Origin: Candidatus Latescibacterota bacterium
GTDB lineage: Bacteria; Latescibacterota; UBA2968; UBA8231
Direction of reading: 5' to 3'
Assembly (NCBI GenBank): GCA_965217585.1
Contig: OZ244561.1
Location: forward strand, 352,001 to 416,000
Length of the DNA: 64,000 nt
Every line of letters begins with the position of its first letter. Position 1 is the stretch's first letter. The notes under the pieces are model-generated. The model ran no database searches. It worked only from the letters and a program-made list of their open reading frames with translations, and was not told where the DNA came from. A program made the position numbers and the translations under genes. Below, one piece after another: positions 16,783 through 25,978 of this stretch.

Positions 16783-18123
16783 GTGAAGATGCGATGGACA
16801 ATCGGGCTGCTCGTCGCCGGCCTCGCCGGCTGCGCCGAAAATCACAGCACGGCCCAAGCGCACTTGGCCGAGTGCGCGCAGCAGAGCGAGCAAAAGCAGT
16901 ATCTCCAAGCCATCGCCGCCTGCCAACGCGCACTCGCGACAGAGCCAAGCCTTGTGGAGGCGCGGCTGCTCATCGGGGAGCTGCTGCTCAAACACGGCCA
17001 GTTCGACCGCGCCATTGCGCACTATCAGCAGGTCCTCCAAAACCACCCGGAGCACTCCGGTGCCTACGAGGCGCTGGGGGATGTCCATGCGCGGCTGCGG
17101 CGCAACGACGAAGCGGCCGCAGCCTACCAGCAAGCGATGGCCCAAGCGACCGACCAAGCCGCGCTCTACCGCAAGCTAGCCCTCATCTACGGCGACCAAA
17201 ACCGCTATGCGGCCGCGGTGGCCGCGCTGCAACAGGCGCAGACCCTCGCTCCCCAACACGCGCGAACTTACTACAACCTCGGCATGCTCTATCAGCGGCA
17301 GGCCCAGTACGCGGCCGCGCAGACCCAACTAGAACGAGCGGTGGAACTGAATCCGGCTTACGGCGACGCGTACTATCAGCTAGGGCAGATACACAGCCGC
17401 TTGGGCCGCTACGCAGAGGCCGAAGCGAGCCTGCGCGCAGCCATAGAACACCAGAGCGAGTACGCGGCGCAGGCGCTATCCTCCCTCGGGGCGGTTTTGC
17501 TACGCCAAGGGCGCGGGGAAGAGGCCGAAAAGGTGCTGTTGCAAGCGGTGCATGCCGATCCACTTGAACCGGAAGCCCTCCACCGGCTAGGGACGCTCTA
17601 CCGGCAGGGCGCGCGGCCGGAAATGGCGGAAAAGCTGCTGGCGGCCTTTGAGCGCGTGCGGCCGTACAGCGAACAGATCGCGCACTACCGCCACGTGTTG
17701 CAGCGCTATCGAGAAGACGCAGATGCCCACTACAACCTCGGGGTCCTGTACGGACGGCTGGGCTATCCCAAAGCCGCGGCTGAGCAATACCGCCGCGCCC
17801 TCGCCATCAATCCAGCCGACTTGGGTGCGCGCAACAACCTCGCCAACAACTTGTTGCACCGCGGACAAGCCGAGGCAGCCATTGGCGAATACGAGCGAGT
17901 CTTGACCCTGTCACCACGCAACGCCAGAGCGTACAACAACCTCGGCACGGCCTATATGGAACTGGGTAATTTGGAGCTGGCCACGCAGATTTTGCACAAG
18001 GCCGCGCGCGTGGATTCGGCTTATGCGGATCCCCACTACAACCTGAGTCAGATTTACTTCATGCAGGGGCGTCGAGCCGAGGGCGAGACCGAGTTGGCAA
18101 TCTACGAGAGCCTGCGCCCCTAG
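16783..18123 (+). CDS. TPR-repeat lipoprotein
   Basis: Lipobox LAGC, followed by about 10 TPR units (YYNLG..Y, AHYNLG, AYNNLG). Confidence 0.9.
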   Translation: MKMRWTIGLLVAGLAGCAENHSTAQAHLAECAQQSEQKQYLQAIAACQRALATEPSLVEARLLIGELLLKHGQFDRAIAHYQQVLQNHPEHSGAYEALGDVHARLRRNDEAAAAYQQAMAQATDQAALYRKLALIYGDQNRYAAAVAALQQAQTLAPQHARTYYNLGMLYQRQAQYAAAQTQLERAVELNPAYGDAYYQLGQIHSRLGRYAEAEASLRAAIEHQSEYAAQALSSLGAVLLRQGRGEEAEKVLLQAVHADPLEPEALHRLGTLYRQGARPEMAEKLLAAFERVRPYSEQIAHYRHVLQRYREDADAHYNLGVLYGRLGYPKAAAEQYRRALAINPADLGARNNLANNLLHRGQAEAAIGEYERVLTLSPRNARAYNNLGTAYMELGNLELATQILHKAARVDSAYADPHYNLSQIYFMQGRRAEGETELAIYESLRP

Positions 18124-18875
18124 GGCATCGTCACTGAGCGCGGAGTCTTGGCCATGTAGAGCGCACGGTCGAAGCGATAGGCAATATCCACGGTCTCGAT
18201 CGGCTCGTTGCGGTAGTCAAAGCGCAAGCTCACGTCCTCGATCCGCACCTCCAACGCGGCCACGTCGTGGTGCAGGGGCGGAAACGCAATGTACCCGCTG
18301 TACTCCTGGCCGCTAAACACGTATTCCTCGCGCTTGTACAAAGTTCTCTGTAGGATGTCCACGCGCTCTTGATACGAGAGATAGAGGTTGCCGGCGTTGG
18401 CCCACGAGTACGGCAAGTAGTATTCGACCATAGCCGCAAACTGCAGCGAGTTATAGGTGCGTCCGTTGTCGGCGACCAAGGAGATATTGGCCGGGTCCAT
18501 CAGCACCTTGGGGAACTCGTAGTTTTTGACCGTCAGGTTAAAAACCTCAAAGCGCTTGGTCGCCCAATCCTGCTCGGGCGGGGTCCAATCCCCATAGGTG
18601 TACGGGTTGAGGTTGCTCGCGTAGGGATTTTGGTAAAATCCTTCCTTGGCAGACGAGTAGGCCGCCAGTTGGCGATTGAGGAATTCGTCGCTCAAGGGGC
18701 GTAGCTCAATCTCCAAGCGACCCTGCGAAAAGGTGATGCTGCGGTCGTCGCCCACGGCGAATTGCTCGCTGTGCTGCTCAGGTCTGGGCAGGATCGGCCC
18801 GGCGAAATGCCGCAGGCCAAACTGGGCACAGCCGGCAAGCGCGACGAGCGCGAATACGAGGCTAGCTTTCTGCAT
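18120..18875 (-). CDS. Hypothetical lipoprotein, last gene of the locus A array
   Basis: Lipobox LAGC, GGAGG RBS, 13 nt downstream of the 878-aa gene, beta-rich sequence. Confidence 0.75.
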   Translation of the reverse strand: MQKASLVFALVALAGCAQFGLRHFAGPILPRPEQHSEQFAVGDDRSITFSQGRLEIELRPLSDEFLNRQLAAYSSAKEGFYQNPYASNLNPYTYGDWTPPEQDWATKRFEVFNLTVKNYEFPKVLMDPANISLVADNGRTYNSLQFAAMVEYYLPYSWANAGNLYLSYQERVDILQRTLYKREEYVFSGQEYSGYIAFPPLHHDVAALEVRIEDVSLRFDYRNEPIETVDIAYRFDRALYMAKTPRSVTMP

Positions 18876-18888
18876 CAGATCCCTCCCC

Positions 18889-21525
18889 TTACAGCTCGCC
18901 GGTGGCGGCGAAGACCCGCATGAAGGCGATGGTTTCCATCAGGGGGTCATCCGCGTCCTTGAACTGCTTGCGTTCGCGTTTGAACCCGGCGTTGAGGGTG
19001 ATGTTGTAGCCTATATAGGCCGAGGTGTTGGAGACCAAAACGGCCCAGACGAAGTTGTCGAAGTCGCCTTCCTCGCCGGCCTGCACAGTCTCTTTGGCGT
19101 TGTCGAACTTGCTAAACTCAACCCCGAAATCCACCCACGTCCTGTCCAACAGACTGTAGCGGGCGAGCAGGAAGACAGTCCCCTCGTGGTCCCGCGACGA
19201 CCGCAGATCGAGGTCTGAGTGCCCACGGTTGCGGAAGGTGCTCTTGAACTTGGGCGACAAGGTCAGGGCGGCGCTGAGCGGATACTGGTAGTCGAACTTG
19301 TTGATCACTCCCAAGAAAGAGCGGTCGGCCTTGAGTTCGGCTTGCTTGCCCTGCTGGAAGTAGCGCTCGTACTTCAGCTTGGAGGTGAAGTGAAAACGGG
19401 CGATGGCGTTGTATTTTACAGAGGCGTAGAAGCTGTTGATGAAGGTGTCCTGCGCGTCGAGGGGGTCGTTGAAGGGCACCATGCCGTCCGGGTCGGTCCA
19501 GACGATCCGGTCGTCAAAGATAGTGTCCCGCACCTGCTTGCCGAGCTCAAAGACGGCGATTTGCAGCCCGGGATAATCCCACTCCGAGGTCAGCAGCGCG
19601 TAGGTCGCGTGATTCTCGCGGCCGCTGCTGATTTGGCGCTGCCGCAAGCGCCCGACCGTCAGGTTGGTGCCCTCGCGAAAGGCCACGCCACCGTACACAT
19701 TGTAGCCCGAGCGGTCGCGCTCATAGGGCAGGTCGGCTTGTAGGTCGTCCTCAAAGCGGTCGACGATGGTGTTGTTGTTCACGTCCATGCCGAAGAGAAA
19801 CTCCGGCGAATCGACCCGGTAGCGCAAAAACGCCTCGGCGTAGTCGGGCTTGTCGTTCTTGTTTTGGTTGAAGTCCGGGATGAAGTCGTTGTTCTCATCG
19901 AGCCCGGGAAAGACCTCGCGGTCGCCGCCGGAAGTCGAAGCCAATTCGGCGAACAGCACGTTAGCCCCGCCTTGGTCCGAGCGCAGCCAGTCCGGGGTCT
20001 GGTCTTGATCGTCGTTGTCATCGACGAACTCGAAAAGATAGCGGAAGGGCTGGTCGTAGCTGATGTTGCCAGAGCCATCGGCCATGTACGCGGCCGTGCT
20101 GTACTCTGGATCGAGATAGAAGGTTTCGCCGTAGCCGAAGAATGGGTAGCGGACGTACGAGGCCGTCAGGTAAAAGGCCTCGGAGGTTTTTTCGGTAGCC
20201 GGCAGCTTGCGGAAGTTCTGGTTGGGAAAGCGCTGGAAGCGCCGGTTGATCGCGTATTCGGTGCTGAGGTCAAACCCCTTGATATCTGTGACGTTGAAAT
20301 CCACACCCAAGATCTCGTTGGCCGTCGGCAGCCCGTACTCAAAGCGGAGGAAGTGCTGGTTCGACCCGTCGGTGATGTTGTTCTCGGCGTGGGCCACGGG
20401 CAGAAAGATGGGGCCGCCGAGGCTAGTGACCTGCTTGTTGGACGTTATTTCGACCCGGTAGTCGTTGGCCAAAATCAACTCAAACTCCAGCTTCTCAGCG
20501 TCCCGATACGTCGGGGTAGTCTCGGTCAGCTCGAAGTCGTTGCGAATGTCGTAGGTCAACAAAATCGCGTCCGTCCCCTTGGCCTTGAGGACCCCGTCCT
20601 CTTGCACGCCGCCCTCCACGAGGGGGACGATCTTGTTCTGCACCTCCCCGTCGATCAGGATGCGCTCGAGAAAGAGCACGGCCCCTTCTTCCGGCGATTC
20701 GGGCGAGTCATCCGAGATGCGGATGACCACTTCTTCTACATTGCCCTGGTTCTGCGGGCGAGTCAGGACGCCCTTGAGCGAGTTGTCGTCCAAGCTCAGC
20801 TCGGAATCAGCGTGGTGCGCGCTGACCCAAGTGATTCCCACCTTGCCGAAGTCGCCCACTTGCGCCACGCCCCGGCCCCCGAGGACCCGGGTGGAGTTCA
20901 GGGCCGTGTTGGCGCTGGAGAGCTGAGTTCTGGCGAGGCTGCCCGGGGCGCTGACCCGCGACCCCAAGAAGGTCGCGGCGTACTTGTCGGACAGGAAGTC
21001 CCACTGAATGCCGTTAAAGGCGGGCTTGGAAAAGGTCATCGGCGTCAAGGTCGTGCGGATTGCGTCGCCGATGGTGACGGCCGTGTGGAATTGCCCTTTG
21101 CTCGCCGAAGAGACGATGAGGTTGCTAAACCAAGAATTGAAGCGCGGGCTCTTAAAGAGCGAAGAGCCAAAGGAGCGCGGATTGGTCTCGGTCCAGTCGT
21201 AGATCTCCCAGCCGCGCGCGATGTAGTTGCCCAACGGGTCGTAGAGGCGCTCGCCGTTGAGCAGGGTCCCGACGTAGCGCTGGTAGGCTTCGCGGGCGTA
21301 GTTGCTGTACTCCCAGCCGCGCCAGCGGTACTCGTAGTACAAATTCTGCGGCAGGTACCACTTGCGAATCGCCGGGGCCAAGGCCCCGGGGTGGATGCGA
21401 GCGCCGACGATCCCAGGTTCGGAAATCTCGCGGTAGGGATTCGGCAATTGGGCCTCTGCCGCTGTCCCACAGGCCGCACTGACCACGAGCAGCCATGCGA
21501 TTCGCTCCAGTCCCTTCTTGCGCAT
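18889..21525 (-). CDS. Large secreted Asp/Asn-rich putative outer-membrane beta-barrel protein (paralog 1)
   Basis: Signal peptide. Shares WY..Q.LY.EY, RTTLTP.TF.K, LANDY, YGLPTAN, DNDDQD, DFNQN and PEFLFG.D.NNN with 50179 and 52935. Amphipathic beta-like C terminus. Confidence 0.7.
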   Translation of the reverse strand: MRKKGLERIAWLLVVSAACGTAAEAQLPNPYREISEPGIVGARIHPGALAPAIRKWYLPQNLYYEYRWRGWEYSNYAREAYQRYVGTLLNGERLYDPLGNYIARGWEIYDWTETNPRSFGSSLFKSPRFNSWFSNLIVSSASKGQFHTAVTIGDAIRTTLTPMTFSKPAFNGIQWDFLSDKYAATFLGSRVSAPGSLARTQLSSANTALNSTRVLGGRGVAQVGDFGKVGITWVSAHHADSELSLDDNSLKGVLTRPQNQGNVEEVVIRISDDSPESPEEGAVLFLERILIDGEVQNKIVPLVEGGVQEDGVLKAKGTDAILLTYDIRNDFELTETTPTYRDAEKLEFELILANDYRVEITSNKQVTSLGGPIFLPVAHAENNITDGSNQHFLRFEYGLPTANEILGVDFNVTDIKGFDLSTEYAINRRFQRFPNQNFRKLPATEKTSEAFYLTASYVRYPFFGYGETFYLDPEYSTAAYMADGSGNISYDQPFRYLFEFVDDNDDQDQTPDWLRSDQGGANVLFAELASTSGGDREVFPGLDENNDFIPDFNQNKNDKPDYAEAFLRYRVDSPEFLFGMDVNNNTIVDRFEDDLQADLPYERDRSGYNVYGGVAFREGTNLTVGRLRQRQISSGRENHATYALLTSEWDYPGLQIAVFELGKQVRDTIFDDRIVWTDPDGMVPFNDPLDAQDTFINSFYASVKYNAIARFHFTSKLKYERYFQQGKQAELKADRSFLGVINKFDYQYPLSAALTLSPKFKSTFRNRGHSDLDLRSSRDHEGTVFLLARYSLLDRTWVDFGVEFSKFDNAKETVQAGEEGDFDNFVWAVLVSNTSAYIGYNITLNAGFKRERKQFKDADDPLMETIAFMRVFAATGEL

Positions 21526-21548
21526 CTTAATCCCTCTCGATTGGGCAC

Positions 21549-23870
21549 TCAGTAGGCGAGGCCGATGGTCCGGGTGATTTGCTGTTCATCGGACTGGGTT
21601 TGCAGGCGAATTCGGCACAGGTACAGCCCGGGGGCTGCCCGGCCCTGTGCGCCATCCGCGCCCGACCAAGTATAGACGTAGTAACCATCCGGCCCGCGGT
21701 CGCCCGCCAACTTTTGCACCAACCGCCCGTCCAAACTATACAGGGCGACCTCGGGCACCGCATCCACATTGAGGACCTGAAAGCGGATCTGCGCTTGGTC
21801 GCCGATCTCGTCCCCGTTGGGGGTGGCGATCCGGGGGTGGATCGAGACATTGTCGAGCAAGCGATCCGGGACGGCGGGAAAAAATACATGGGTCGCCCGG
21901 GGGGTGTGCGCCGCTGGGTTCACTTCCTGCCAGAGGCCCGGACGCGCCGCTTCGCCGATGAACGCATTGAAGCGCGTGGGGTTGCGGTCTATCTGCGTGC
22001 GCAACCGCACCGCCACAGTGTCCGCGGGCTGCTCTATGGCTTGGGGAAGCTGAATCACCAACGAGTCGCTGGTAATGAGTTCGATTTGCGCCGCAACCTC
22101 CGCGCCACCCACTGTAACTTGCAGTTCGTCGGCATGAGACGGGGTGGTAAAGAGGAGCCGATCAAAGCGAGCCGGATCCGCGAAGTCGCCCCATATCTTG
22201 TAGGTAAAGGTCTCGGGCTTCCCCGGCTGGGCCGTCTTGGGGTGAATTTCGCCCTCGGCTCCGCGCAGTACGGCGTCGGTGAAGTTCACGTCCAGCCGAC
22301 GCATAGTTGGCGCAACTTCGGGCCGGTCGGAGCGCAGGGTCAGCTTGATTTGCAAGAATCGCCGCGGGCTGGGCGAGAGGAACTGGCCCAGCTCTCGGTA
22401 GGGCGCGCTCCACGGGCTCCAGTCGGCACCGGCGACGACGAGGGTATCCGTATCGCCGCGCAGGAACTTGTTGAGGTCCTCGTACTCGGCCTTACCTGCC
22501 AGCGGCGACCCATCCAATTTGTAGTAGAGGACCTCTTCGGTCAGCTCGTACCCGGTGCGGGTGACGACCTCTACTTGGGTGCCTTCCGGCGTGGCGGCGT
22601 CCCAGAAGATGCCTTGGATCTGCTTTGCGCGTAGGTCGCCAGCAAAAGCGCCGAGGTCAATGAAGTCGGATTCTAGCTCCACTTCGGCGAAATGCCCGGT
22701 GGGGACGACCATGAGTTCGGCCATGTCCCCGTTTGCACCCACGTAAATGGCGGCGAGATAGCGAATCGCCTGGGGCTTGGCCATGATGTACTGGAAGTCG
22801 ATGTCGGAAGACCGGTCGTTGTCGTCGTATAGCTGGTCGAAATCGAGGTCGCCCGTCAGGGTCAGGCTGCCGTCTGAAGCCAAGAGCCGATGGTCGTTGA
22901 CGCGGGCATACGACACCCCATATCCCGAGTCGGCCAAGCCCGTGGTGTTGGCACCGATCTGGAGAATGCGCTTGACCCACACGAAGGTACCCATGTCCAA
23001 GATCCACACCGTTGGGTCCTCCGCGTCGCCGTGTACGGCCCAAGAGCTATTAAAATCGCCGTCAATCAGGTCTGTGCCACGGCCCGTCTTGTCGAGGAGG
23101 CTGCCGCCGCGCGCGAGCGAACCCAAGGCCACATTGCTGCCAAAGGTATAGGCTTCCAATTCGGCCAAGGCCGCGTTCTCGCTCTTGCTGTCTATCTTGA
23201 TCCGAATGTATTGCAGCGTGCGGTAGGTCGGGTCGAATACTTGGGTATCAGCTGCGTCTTGGAACAGAACCCGAGTGCTGATGTCGGGCAGGGGCGCGAG
23301 GTCGTATTCGACCGTGGTTTGGTCGTTAAAGCGGGTGGTGCCCCCGAGGGTTTCGTAGTAGAAGAGGTTGGCCTGAAAGGAACGCCGCTGCCCGTCCGAG
23401 CCCATGACGCGAAACTCCCTGAGCGGCCGGCCACCTGCGGCGTCTGGAAATACCAAGCGGATGCGGGTGACCGGGACGGCGCGGCCCAAGTCGAGCTCGA
23501 TCCACCAATCGTCCAAGTCCGCGGCCGGGTCGGGTTTCCAATAGGTCGCCGGGTCCCCGTCGGCGATGTTATCGGCCCTGAATTGGGCACCGGGCGCGGT
23601 TGAGCCGACCCGCCAGATGCCGCCCTGAATCTCCTCGGCGTTGGCCAGCTTGTGGGTGAATTGTCCGGCGTCGAGTGCGGCGTTGATGTCGTTGGCAAAC
23701 TTCGCCGGGACAAAAGAACCATCCGCACTAAATTCAATGGTGCCAGGGGGAATTTTCCACTCTTCCCACTGCGCCTGCTGCTCGACTCGGTACACTTGCG
23801 ACTCTTGGCCTCCAACCGACCCCAAGCCGGCGAGGACGAGGCCGCAAGCATACGTTGCAATGCGTGTCAT
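21549..23870 (-). CDS. Secreted double-discoidin-like protein with FlgD/CHU_C-like C-terminal domain (subtype I)
   Basis: GAGGAG RBS before ATG 23870. DGDPATYW..WIELDLGR, WSPWSAPY, SPSPRRFLQ, TPNGDEIGD...PGLYL. Confidence 0.8.
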   Translation of the reverse strand: MTRIATYACGLVLAGLGSVGGQESQVYRVEQQAQWEEWKIPPGTIEFSADGSFVPAKFANDINAALDAGQFTHKLANAEEIQGGIWRVGSTAPGAQFRADNIADGDPATYWKPDPAADLDDWWIELDLGRAVPVTRIRLVFPDAAGGRPLREFRVMGSDGQRRSFQANLFYYETLGGTTRFNDQTTVEYDLAPLPDISTRVLFQDAADTQVFDPTYRTLQYIRIKIDSKSENAALAELEAYTFGSNVALGSLARGGSLLDKTGRGTDLIDGDFNSSWAVHGDAEDPTVWILDMGTFVWVKRILQIGANTTGLADSGYGVSYARVNDHRLLASDGSLTLTGDLDFDQLYDDNDRSSDIDFQYIMAKPQAIRYLAAIYVGANGDMAELMVVPTGHFAEVELESDFIDLGAFAGDLRAKQIQGIFWDAATPEGTQVEVVTRTGYELTEEVLYYKLDGSPLAGKAEYEDLNKFLRGDTDTLVVAGADWSPWSAPYRELGQFLSPSPRRFLQIKLTLRSDRPEVAPTMRRLDVNFTDAVLRGAEGEIHPKTAQPGKPETFTYKIWGDFADPARFDRLLFTTPSHADELQVTVGGAEVAAQIELITSDSLVIQLPQAIEQPADTVAVRLRTQIDRNPTRFNAFIGEAARPGLWQEVNPAAHTPRATHVFFPAVPDRLLDNVSIHPRIATPNGDEIGDQAQIRFQVLNVDAVPEVALYSLDGRLVQKLAGDRGPDGYYVYTWSGADGAQGRAAPGLYLCRIRLQTQSDEQQITRTIGLAY

Positions 23871-23881
23871 AGCTCCTCGCT

Positions 23882-25963
23882 TTAGTAGGCCACGGCAATG
23901 GGCACAGTCGTGGCAAACCGACCCCGGCCGCTGTCGATGGCGACCTGACACAAGTACAGGCCCGGTGCTAATAGGCGGCCGCCCTCGTCGCGGACGTCCC
24001 ATTCTATAGGCGGGTTGGTACCCGCTTTCTGATCCGTCGCCAGCAGGCGGCGCACCGGCGCGCCCGCTAGGGTGTAGAAAGCTACCTCCACCTCGGCGTT
24101 GAGCACCCCAAAGAGCGCGTAGCGAATGTGCAGACGGTCGTTGTTGCCATCGCCATTCGGCGTCAGAATCCGGGGCTGGATGTGCAGGTCGCCTATGGAT
24201 TGAGCAATGTCGCTCGTGGCCACGATCTGGAGCTGATCCGTGTGGATGCGGTCGGTGGCATTGCCCGCCTTGACGAACTGGCGCGCATGACTTGCCGCGC
24301 GGTTAAAAACCGCCCCTTGGAGCTGCGCGGAAATCGTATAGAGTGCGGTGCGCAAGCCAATGTGCAGTTCCGCATCCGTTGCAATCGGCTGGGGCAAATG
24401 CAGGGTCAGGCCGGTCTCATCGAACACGACGGCGTCGCGCTCCAGCGCCATGGTCTCTGGGGGGCTGCCAATGGCCAAGCCCAAAAACTCCGGTTGCGAA
24501 GGGGTCTGGACGCGCACGGCGTCAAAGCCTGCACCGGACTGATCGCCAAACTCGGCGCGAATGGCGTAGGTCAGGTCAACCGGCTCGCCAATGGGCACTT
24601 CCATTAGAGAGACCGCGAGAGGGTCATCTACTACGCCCACCTCGCCGACGAGGTCTGGCACGAGCAGGGGCAGCAGCTCTAGGCGCAGCGAATCGAGCCG
24701 CGCGACATCGGTTGGCCGGCGCGATGTCATTTCGACTAGCACCTGAAAGTAGCGACCGTGGTCGAGGCTGAGTGGCGCTCCCGGCGCGCGAACCGGACTC
24801 GACCACGGAGTCCACCGCTCGCGGTCTTCGGCCAAAGGGCCTTGCCAGCCGACGAAGACCGGGTCGTAAGGCCCTTGGCGTTCCTTGAGGGTCCGCCAAG
24901 TGGCGAAGTCCACTTCGTCTAGTTCGCCTTGGTCGTTGTATGTAAAAAACAGGCGCGGATCGTCCGTGCTGCCAGTCTTGATGCGCACCCGCACCTCGGC
25001 GTCGGCGTCTGGAGCTGCGACGAGCGCACCCTCTTGCCAGCGCTGATTTGCGCCCCATTGCCCCCCCTGCCGACGCCACTTGCTGACGGCCATCGACACT
25101 TGGCCCAAGATGGCCGGCTGCCCCAGATCCACGACCTTGGACTCGTAGCGGGACTCCGCGGCAAAACCCCGGCCGTATAGCTCAAACTCAGCATAGGCCA
25201 GCTTGGCAATGGTCAGCACGCCTTCGGCTTGGTCGAAAAAGGGGCCTTGGCCGTTGTCGGGGAAACTCCGCCAGCGCACGTAGCGGAAGTACTGCAAGGG
25301 AAAGGTGATCTCAATAGGCGCGACGAGGTTGCCCTCTATGCGGCCGAGGACCTTGTCCAAGGGGACGTAGCGAGTATTGTACGTGAACTGGCCTTTGTCC
25401 TCCGTGGGGATTTGCTCGCCGAGCAAGGTGGCGGAAAGCTCGCCCTGCCGCGGCACGTAATTTTCCCAAGGTTCCCCAAACAGATCCGTGGCCCCGGACG
25501 GAGGCAGGCGGAGGACGAATCGCTCTAGCGGCAGCGGCGTGCCTGGGTCAATGGTGTAGAATTCGTTGGAGGTTTTATTGCCGCCGGGGCCGAAATTGGT
25601 CACCCACTGGAAGGTGTTGATAGCGCCGTCAACATAGCGTAAAAAGGGCATCATCACTCCGGGATGCCCCAAGTTGCCCAAGCCCCGCCACAACCGGGGC
25701 ATGCCATTGACCCACAGTGGATTGGGCGGGTCGCGCCAGCGTTCAAAGGGGAACTGGGTAAAGATGCTGGGCAAAATATTGACGTCCGGCCGCAATTCCC
25801 GCGGCTGCAATGCACCCGGTACGCGGGCATCGTCGGCGAGGACTTTGAGTTGCGCCCATTCTTCCCAAGATTGACCACCCTGCCCGCCAAAAGCCCACTC
25901 CTGTCCCCGCGCTGGAATCGACCCCACCAGCAAGGACAAGAGTACTATACCCAGAAGCTGCAT
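23882..25963 (-). CDS. Secreted protein with FlgD/CHU_C-like C-terminal domain (subtype IV)
   Basis: Signal peptide; AEFELYGRG, S.VVDLG, WTPWS, TPNGDGNND...WD..D..G..LAPGLYL. Confidence 0.8.
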   Translation of the reverse strand: MQLLGIVLLSLLVGSIPARGQEWAFGGQGGQSWEEWAQLKVLADDARVPGALQPRELRPDVNILPSIFTQFPFERWRDPPNPLWVNGMPRLWRGLGNLGHPGVMMPFLRYVDGAINTFQWVTNFGPGGNKTSNEFYTIDPGTPLPLERFVLRLPPSGATDLFGEPWENYVPRQGELSATLLGEQIPTEDKGQFTYNTRYVPLDKVLGRIEGNLVAPIEITFPLQYFRYVRWRSFPDNGQGPFFDQAEGVLTIAKLAYAEFELYGRGFAAESRYESKVVDLGQPAILGQVSMAVSKWRRQGGQWGANQRWQEGALVAAPDADAEVRVRIKTGSTDDPRLFFTYNDQGELDEVDFATWRTLKERQGPYDPVFVGWQGPLAEDRERWTPWSSPVRAPGAPLSLDHGRYFQVLVEMTSRRPTDVARLDSLRLELLPLLVPDLVGEVGVVDDPLAVSLMEVPIGEPVDLTYAIRAEFGDQSGAGFDAVRVQTPSQPEFLGLAIGSPPETMALERDAVVFDETGLTLHLPQPIATDAELHIGLRTALYTISAQLQGAVFNRAASHARQFVKAGNATDRIHTDQLQIVATSDIAQSIGDLHIQPRILTPNGDGNNDRLHIRYALFGVLNAEVEVAFYTLAGAPVRRLLATDQKAGTNPPIEWDVRDEGGRLLAPGLYLCQVAIDSGRGRFATTVPIAVAY

Positions 25964-25978
25964 GGCATTCGACCTTGG

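Noticed and set aside
15696-17567. 623-aa alternate-frame ORF
   Set aside because: Arg/Pro/Gly-rich off-frame reading across two well-supported genes, typical of high-GC DNA.
19864-21555. 563-aa plus-strand ORF
   Set aside because: Antisense shadow of the 878-aa gene, which has two clear paralogs in the window.
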